Part shown: positions 58,029 through 64,000 of the stretch, piece by piece | Position numbering within the stretch: position 1 is the first letter of the stretch | How the letters are laid out: each line of letters starts with the position of its first letter | NCBI GenBank assembly: GCA_963665925.1 | Contig: OY762511.1 | Coordinates: 9,327 to 73,326 of the forward strand | From: an uncultured Acidaminobacter sp. | GTDB lineage: Bacteria > Bacillota > Clostridia > Peptostreptococcales > Acidaminobacteraceae | Direction: 5' to 3' | Length of the DNA: 64,000 nt | Notes under the pieces: model-generated | Told to the model about the DNA's origin: nothing | Databases searched by the model: none | The model's input: the letters and a program-made list of their open reading frames with translations, nothing else | Made by a program: the position numbers and the translations under genes

Positions 58029-58921
58029 TATTTCACCTTTTCATTTCCAAAAATTCGTGCTTCCAGTTCTCTTGCCGTTGGCGCATCGGCCAAACCACCC
58101 AGTGCCGTTTCCTTGAGCGATGGACTCATAATTCGCCCGACTGAACGCATGGCACTGACTACTTCATCAAATGGTACAATTGTCAGAATGCCGGCAAGTG
58201 CCATATCTGCCGAAATCACGGCGTTGGCAGTTCCTATTGCATTTCTTTTCTCACAAGGACATTCTACCAGACCTGCAATAGGATCACAAACCAGACCCAG
58301 AATATTTTTAATGGTGAACGCTGCCGCTGACAGCGCAGCCGCCGGTGAACCTCCGAACATTTCAACGAGACCCGCCGCAGCCATTGCAGCAGCAGTGCCC
58401 GTTTCAGCCTGACAGCCACCTTCAGCACCAGAAACCGTCGCATTTCTCGCAATGAGCATGCCCACTGCCGAGGCCCCCATGAGCCCCTTGACGATGGTAT
58501 CCTTATCAAGGCCTCTGTCCATGCCGACTTTCACAAGAGCACCAGGAAGTATGCCGCAGGACCCAGCTGTTGGCGCTGCAACAATACGCCCCATGGACGC
58601 ATTGACTTCCGAAACAGCCATTGCAGCCGCTATGGCATCTGTCATCGCCGCCCCAGCAAGGGGGTCATTTTCCTTTGAATAGACGCTGAGTTTGTAGGCA
58701 CCGCCGCCAATCAGTCCGCCCACTGACTTAATATGCTCATCAAGACCACTTTCAATAGCCTCTTTCATAACTTCAAAGGCCTCGTTCATTGCCGTCACTA
58801 CTTCATCAGCGGATTTTTCCTTCATTTCACATTCTCTGTTTATCATAACCTCGGAAATGCTCAAGCTATGTGCCTGACACAATTCCAGCAGTTCCGCACC
58901 TGTATTGAATTTGAATTGCAT
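58028..58921 (-). CDS. sdaAA: Fe-S L-serine dehydratase alpha subunit
   Basis: APTAGSCG, GAEGGCQAE, GLVCDPIAGLVECPC, SLKETALGGLA. Confidence 0.96.
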   Translation of the reverse strand: MQFKFNTGAELLELCQAHSLSISEVMINRECEMKEKSADEVVTAMNEAFEVMKEAIESGLDEHIKSVGGLIGGGAYKLSVYSKENDPLAGAAMTDAIAAAMAVSEVNASMGRIVAAPTAGSCGILPGALVKVGMDRGLDKDTIVKGLMGASAVGMLIARNATVSGAEGGCQAETGTAAAMAAAGLVEMFGGSPAAALSAAAFTIKNILGLVCDPIAGLVECPCEKRNAIGTANAVISADMALAGILTIVPFDEVVSAMRSVGRIMSPSLKETALGGLADAPTARELEARIFGNEKVK

Positions 58922-58931
58922 ATTTGGCTCC

Positions 58932-59603
58932 TTATATCTGATCGATGACCCTGATTGCTTCTACGCCGACAACTCGCTCACGAATGACTTCAAGAACGCG
59001 ACCGTCGAGCATCTCATCGAGCTCAACGACCATAGAGGCTTCCCCGCGCTTTTCCTTCCTGGAACAGTTGAGGGAAACAATATTGATGCCCAGAGTTGCC
59101 AAAATACGCGTCACGCCGCTTATGACACCCTCTCTGTCACGATGCCGTGTCAGAAGCACCGGCTTTTCACCCGTCATATCAACAGCAAAGCCGTTAACAT
59201 CCCAAATGCGAATACTGCCACCACCTATTGAAGACCCGGAAAGGGTTGTCACCTCTCCATCCTTGAGGGTCATTTCTATGCACACGGAGTTGGGGTGAAC
59301 GTCGCCCATGTCCGTTGGAAGAAAAACATATTCGATGCCACGTGCATCCGCGATTTCCATTGCGTCCCGGAGCCTTTCATCCCGTTCGGAAAAACCGAGA
59401 ACACCCGCCAGCAGCGCCCGGTCTGTTCCATGTCCCTTATAGGTGTTTGCAAAAGAACCATGCAGCAAGAACCGGACAGAAGCAATTTCCGAACCGGCAA
59501 CCCGATTGGCAGCAAGGCCCAGTCGTGCTGCACCAGCTGTGTGTGAACTCGACGGACCGATCATTACAGGTCCAATAATATCAAAAGCACTGTATTCAGC
59601 CAT
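58932..59603 (-). CDS. sdaAB: Fe-S L-serine dehydratase beta subunit (ACT)
   Basis: IGPVMIGPSSSHTAGA, GHGTDRAL, SIGGG. Confidence 0.96.
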   Translation of the reverse strand: MAEYSAFDIIGPVMIGPSSSHTAGAARLGLAANRVAGSEIASVRFLLHGSFANTYKGHGTDRALLAGVLGFSERDERLRDAMEIADARGIEYVFLPTDMGDVHPNSVCIEMTLKDGEVTTLSGSSIGGGSIRIWDVNGFAVDMTGEKPVLLTRHRDREGVISGVTRILATLGINIVSLNCSRKEKRGEASMVVELDEMLDGRVLEVIRERVVGVEAIRVIDQI

Positions 59604-59647
59604 TTACGCCTCCAATTACTCATATTGTACTTCTCTCTAAATATAAA

Positions 59648-59675
59648 AACTCAGAGTACTTGAGTACTCTGAGTT
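59648..59675 (-). terminator. terminator after the chemoreceptor gene
   Basis: AACTCAGAGTAC-TTGA-GTACTCTGAGTT. Confidence 0.8.
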
Positions 59676-59750
59676 CATTAAAATACAGGTTTGATTATTT
59701 GTCAATCCATGTCTCGGCTCAGCATAATAAGAGACAATAACACGATAAAA

Positions 59751-60548
59751 TCATGACAGATTTGTCTTCTCGATGAGCGATGTCAGTGCTGATTGCACGT
59801 TGTCCGATACCGATCGCTGATTATGCGAAAGCGCATCCAGCTTTGCGACCTCAGAGTTGATTTTTCCATTCTCATTGGAGATGGACTTCAACAAGTCCGA
59901 AATCTCCTTTGCAAAACGCGCTGTGTCATCAGAAAGCTTCTGCACTTCACTTGCAACGACCGCAAAGCCCCTGCCATGCTCTCCAGCACGTGCAGCTTCA
60001 ATATTCGCATTGAGTCCCAGTATTTTAATCTGATTGGTAATTTTGTTCACCGCATTGATCATCTGGTCACTTTTTTGAATAAACACGCCAGATGCTTCTG
60101 TAGATTCGTTAAGCTGTCCACTCACAGTTCCAAGAACGCCTACGGTTTCAGAAATCCGTTCAAGCTCACGTTCGAACTGAGAAGTTGTCTGAGCCACTGC
60201 ATCCATTTGCAGATTCAACTTCTCGGAAAGTACAATTTGCTGATCAACGATTGTCATCATGACTTGCGCCACATCTGACTCAATGATTTTATGAGTTTTC
60301 CCAAATTCTTCGTAAAGTGCTTCAATCACAACAGGCACGCCTGTCGCTTCTACAATTGCATCTACCCTGTTTCTTCTAATTTCAGACATCTCGTCTGTAT
60401 ACGCTATACCTGATTTGCGAGCAAGTTCAATACCTGGTGCATCCATATTCCGATCGACCACCACTGCGATTTCAATCCCGTCAAGGTCCTTCATCGCTTT
60501 GATTAAATTTGTGCCGCCAAGGCCAGCGCCAACGATTGCAAGTCTCAT
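59751..60548 (-). CDS. soluble methyl-accepting chemotaxis protein with an N-terminal Rossmann fold
   Basis: MRLAIVGAGLGG...VVD; LNANIEAARAGEHGRGFAVVASEVQKLS; no TM helix. Confidence 0.88.
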   Translation of the reverse strand: MRLAIVGAGLGGTNLIKAMKDLDGIEIAVVVDRNMDAPGIELARKSGIAYTDEMSEIRRNRVDAIVEATGVPVVIEALYEEFGKTHKIIESDVAQVMMTIVDQQIVLSEKLNLQMDAVAQTTSQFERELERISETVGVLGTVSGQLNESTEASGVFIQKSDQMINAVNKITNQIKILGLNANIEAARAGEHGRGFAVVASEVQKLSDDTARFAKEISDLLKSISNENGKINSEVAKLDALSHNQRSVSDNVQSALTSLIEKTNLS

Positions 60549-60694
60549 TATGCTTCCCCCCGTTTTGTTAAATTGCATATGTATTATATCTAATCTCTCT
60601 ACTCGGAACAACCTACATTAGAAATTGCATACCAGCATCACATTAATCGATGTTCCCATACCATTTACATCATATTCCAACGCATCAAAAAATC

Positions 60695-60719
60695 AACCCC
60701 TGATTTATAATCAGGGGTT
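60695..60719 (-). terminator. intrinsic terminator
   Basis: AACCCCTGATT-TAT-AATCAGGGGTT with an A run on the left. Confidence 0.8.
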
Positions 60720-60731
60720 AAAATTTCTTAA

Positions 60732-62063
60732 TTATTCCAAACCAGCTGCAATGCGAACATTTTTCTGATGTTTTTCATCGATTTTTCGATTTGCATGAAG
60801 CTTTGAGTCCTTGAAATGCAGGCACAGATGACCATCGAAGTCATTGCCCTTTACAGAGTCAAAATTATAGCCGTAGCCATAGCCGCCGCTTCTTACATTT
60901 ATATACTGACCTTCAGGCATATTGTCCATGCCTGCATGGGGCATTCCATTTAAGGATGCGGCAATGACCCTTCCATTAAAGTGTACGAGTACAGGGCGTC
61001 TGATCCAGCTGTATTCACCACCCCATAAGGACTTGATGATATGGGCATCTTCTGCGGTCAGCGGTTCGACATCAGAATGAACGCCGCCATAAGCCGCAAG
61101 CATTTTAAAGGTTGTGCCCGTATAGAAATCCTCAATGACAAAGACCGTCTTGCCCTTATCAATCATTTCCATAACCGTTGACCAAGGCAGGTATTCTCCA
61201 AATCGCCTTTCAGACGACTGACGTGATACAACCTGCACTTGGTTTACATAACCAAGCTGTATCATTTTTGCAATGGTTTCCATACCAGCGACGCCATCTG
61301 CTTTGAGATTGTATTTTTCCTGAAATGCCTTTACGGCCGCTTCAGTTTCTTCACCGTAAAAATCGCTAAACGTATCTGTTTCAAGACAGCCTTCCTTGTA
61401 AAGCACCTGCTGAATGAGCGCGACTTCCTGGTGGTGAACACCTGGAATCAGCATGTCCTTGGTTATGGTACCAAGGCTTTCAAGGGTTTCGGTTTCACCC
61501 TCTGAGTAAGTCTCAGCAAGAAAGAGACAGCCCGCCTCTTGAATGGCATGAAGCGTTAGCGTTCCCGCAATGCCATCCGCAGTAAGACCCATGTCGGACT
61601 GGAACGCCCGAACAGCTTCTGTCGTCTGCTTTCCATAATATTCAATGGATTCATCAATATCCAAGTATCCCAGCGCCATGAGCGCTTCCTGCAATTCTTT
61701 TACAGAAAGGTTCTCATTGCCGGGCTTTAACATGAGTGTATCAATTTCACCCATCAGATTCAGTTCAAACATTTTTTCAATGGTATTGCGACCGGCAATA
61801 CCATCTGCCGTAAGACCATTGTCCTTCTGAAATGCTGTAATTGCTGCCTTGACCTGGTCGTCATAGACATCGCCTAGGGTATCCACATCCAGATACCCAG
61901 CACGTTTCAAGCCGTTTTGGATATGTAAGACATCGCTGTGCTCCACATCGAGCTCATATTTTTTCAATTCGAAATATGTATCCATTTTTTCAGTGGCAAA
62001 GGCTGCGCCCATACCTGAAAATAAAAGCAATCCCACAAGAACTGCGGTTATCCTCTTAATCAT
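60732..62063 (-). CDS. secreted protein with three PG_binding_1 domains and a putative L,D-transpeptidase-like domain
   Basis: Signal peptide; 3x A(I/V).AFQ...L.ADG(I/V)AG..T; C-terminal NGMPH...GHLCLHF. Confidence 0.75.
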   Translation of the reverse strand: MIKRITAVLVGLLLFSGMGAAFATEKMDTYFELKKYELDVEHSDVLHIQNGLKRAGYLDVDTLGDVYDDQVKAAITAFQKDNGLTADGIAGRNTIEKMFELNLMGEIDTLMLKPGNENLSVKELQEALMALGYLDIDESIEYYGKQTTEAVRAFQSDMGLTADGIAGTLTLHAIQEAGCLFLAETYSEGETETLESLGTITKDMLIPGVHHQEVALIQQVLYKEGCLETDTFSDFYGEETEAAVKAFQEKYNLKADGVAGMETIAKMIQLGYVNQVQVVSRQSSERRFGEYLPWSTVMEMIDKGKTVFVIEDFYTGTTFKMLAAYGGVHSDVEPLTAEDAHIIKSLWGGEYSWIRRPVLVHFNGRVIAASLNGMPHAGMDNMPEGQYINVRSGGYGYGYNFDSVKGNDFDGHLCLHFKDSKLHANRKIDEKHQKNVRIAAGLE

Positions 62064-62185
62064 TTATAGCCTCCTGCACAATGACGCTTAAACTCGCTTA
62101 TCAACAAATCTACCTAAACTAATCTTAGCACTCCTGGTTGACATAAACAAGATAACCGATTATTACATTTCAAAAACACACATTT

Positions 62186-62911
62186 TTAGATTGATTGCCA
62201 TTCTATCAGATCGCGTACAACCTTGGATGCACAAATCATCCCTGCTACCGATGGAACAAAGGCGACCGAACCAGGCGTCTGTTTTCGGGGCACGTCAGGA
62301 TTCACATCAAGGGCCTGGGGCTTGACGGGTGTTTCATCAGAAAAGCATACATTCAGCTTCTTGACGCCACGGGCCTTCAGTTCCTTGCGCATGACCTTGG
62401 CAAGGGGACACGTATGGGTTTTTGATATGTCCACAATTTCAAAGCGTGTCGGGTCCATCTTGTTGCCGGTCCCCATGCTCGAAATGACAGGTACACCATG
62501 CTTCCAGCAGCGCTCAATCAGGTCGAGCTTTGACGATACCATATCAATGGCATCGACGACATAATCCCAGCTGGCACTGAATATTTCACCTGCATTTTCT
62601 GCAGTATATTTCGTATCGTATACCGTCACTTCAATCTCGGGATAGATGCGCTTGACGCGTTCTTCCATAAGGTGGACCTTTGACATGCCCACTGTGTCAG
62701 GAAAGGCATGGAGCTGTCTGTTCACATTTGTAATATCCACCGTGTCAAAGTCCACAAGGACCAGGTGTCCTACACCAACTCTGGCAAGTGCCTCTGCTGC
62801 AAAGGAGCCCACACCGCCAACACCGAATACGGCTACTGTTGACGCATGCAGCCTTTCAAGGCCTTCTGCGCCAAATACCATTTCTGATCTGGTAAACTGA
62901 TTTCTGTTCAT
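62186..62911 (-). CDS. tcdA: tRNA threonylcarbamoyladenosine dehydratase (ThiF/E1-like)
   Basis: GVGGVGS, DFD.V..TNVNRQ, DAID, CPLAKVMR. Confidence 0.9.
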   Translation of the reverse strand: MNRNQFTRSEMVFGAEGLERLHASTVAVFGVGGVGSFAAEALARVGVGHLVLVDFDTVDITNVNRQLHAFPDTVGMSKVHLMEERVKRIYPEIEVTVYDTKYTAENAGEIFSASWDYVVDAIDMVSSKLDLIERCWKHGVPVISSMGTGNKMDPTRFEIVDISKTHTCPLAKVMRKELKARGVKKLNVCFSDETPVKPQALDVNPDVPRKQTPGSVAFVPSVAGMICASKVVRDLIEWQSI

Positions 62912-62969
62912 TACAACCTCCGTTCAATCTGCGCATATGGCTTTACTGATTTTATGCACAGACATTAGT

Positions 62970-64000
62970 CTATCCTTTTTGAGCATCTTTTACAAAGGCT
63001 GTTTTTGACAATTTGACGAAGGTATCGTAGTATGCCGCCTGATCGCCAAAAGCGCACGTAAGTGGCTCAGTCAATGTGTTCACTGCACCGACGCGGCGCC
63101 AAGTCCCTTCAATTATTTTCACTGTGCCCTGCAGAACTGCAGAGTCAATCACAGCCTCACAGCTAAGGCGGCCAGTCCGCGATATGACCTCTACAACGTC
63201 TCCCGACTCAAGGGTGTGCGCTTGAGCCTCCTCTGGTGAGACGTGGACCTTGGGAATCCCTTCATGATTTCTGTAATGCTGCGAATGCATGGAGGATGCA
63301 TCATGCGGTGTAATCAGGCGCAGGGGATATCCGGCTTCATTCAGCTTCCCTGGGTCATAACAGGTTGTTTTTTCTAGACCCAGCGCTGCTGCGGACTCTG
63401 ACACAAACTCAAACTTCCCGCTCGGTGTGTCAAAGACACGATTTGCCCAGGGAACCGCTTCCACGTCAATTGCGAAAGGCGCGGTTTTCAGGGTCTCATA
63501 TTCCAGGCCAAAGGCTTGTGTCAGCGGCTTAAATGCCTTTTCAAAGAAAACATCGCGTTCAACATTCGGATAGGCTTCAAGCGCCATTCGCTCTGCCAGC
63601 ATACGGAAGAGCTCGTACTCCCCAATCATTCCATCTGGCGCCTCAACACACTTGTTTGCGTAGACCAGATAGGGAGAATACATCGATGAATATACGAAAT
63701 CAGACTCTTCAAATATGCTCGTCGCAGGCAAGACCAGATCAGCCTCCCTAGCCGTGTCGGTCATGAACATATCGACAACCACGCAAAAGTCTGTCTTGTT
63801 CAGTGCCTCAATCATTTGGTCCGTATTCGGTACTTGAACAACTGGATTGGCTTTTGCAATCCAAAGGAATTCCACTTCCGGGTCACAAGCATTCAAAATG
63901 AAGGAAGCCGCCTGTGCTGGCTTATAGTTTCTGGACTGAAGAGCGAAACTTTCGGACTCAGGTCCGTAGCCTTCAACATACATGGCTATGCTCTTATTCG
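62970..64000 (-). CDS. molybdopterin-dependent oxidoreductase, C-terminal part (5' end outside the window)
   Basis: ANPVVQVP, VVVDMFMTDTAREADLVLPA, TPSGKFEF, molydop-binding domain; the frame stays open to the window end. Confidence 0.85.
   Translation of the reverse strand, partial: NKSIAMYVEGYGPESESFALQSRNYKPAQAASFILNACDPEVEFLWIAKANPVVQVPNTDQMIEALNKTDFCVVVDMFMTDTAREADLVLPATSIFEESDFVYSSMYSPYLVYANKCVEAPDGMIGEYELFRMLAERMALEAYPNVERDVFFEKAFKPLTQAFGLEYETLKTAPFAIDVEAVPWANRVFDTPSGKFEFVSESAAALGLEKTTCYDPGKLNEAGYPLRLITPHDASSMHSQHYRNHEGIPKVHVSPEEAQAHTLESGDVVEVISRTGRLSCEAVIDSAVLQGTVKIIEGTWRRVGAVNTLTEPLTCAFGDQAAYYDTFVKLSKTAFVKDAQKG

Noticed and set aside
62125-62133. CIRCE (HrcA) operator
   Set aside because: Only the left half TTAGCACTC is present; there is no GAGTGCTAA 9 nt downstream.

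Overview
Core-genome window of an anaerobic Clostridia-like Firmicute; no integrase, transposase, prophage or CRISPR-cas was seen. In order: tRNA-Arg/tRNA-Phe; hslO cluster; acetylase-branch DAP/lysine genes (asd-dapA-dapB-dapH plus a divergent M20 deacetylase); pflBA; a CHASE4-HAMP-GGDEF cyclase; hpt; a B12-riboswitch-controlled corrin-ring operon (cbiCDEKTLFGHJ); a probable CC-adding tRNA nucleotidyltransferase; a MarR-ABC efflux unit with two visible operators; a 10-gene Mrp/Mbh-type cation antiporter operon; an eroded flagellin; ccdA-tlpA; a Val T-box operon GNAT-valS-folC-folC2-rimK; a PspC/LiaF envelope-stress locus; sdaAB/AA; a Rossmann-fold soluble chemoreceptor; tcdA; and a truncated molybdopterin oxidoreductase. 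The two best candidates for undescribed biology are (1) the three-pump Mrp-like complex without a redox module, driven from a sigma54 promoter by an adjacent AcoR-type GAF-PAS enhancer-binding protein whose candidate UAS sites are partly built into its own terminator, and (2) the Val T-box operon joining an amino-acid N-acetyltransferase, a divergent second FolC and a RimK-type ligase. Family names were assigned by motif recognition only; no database search was run.
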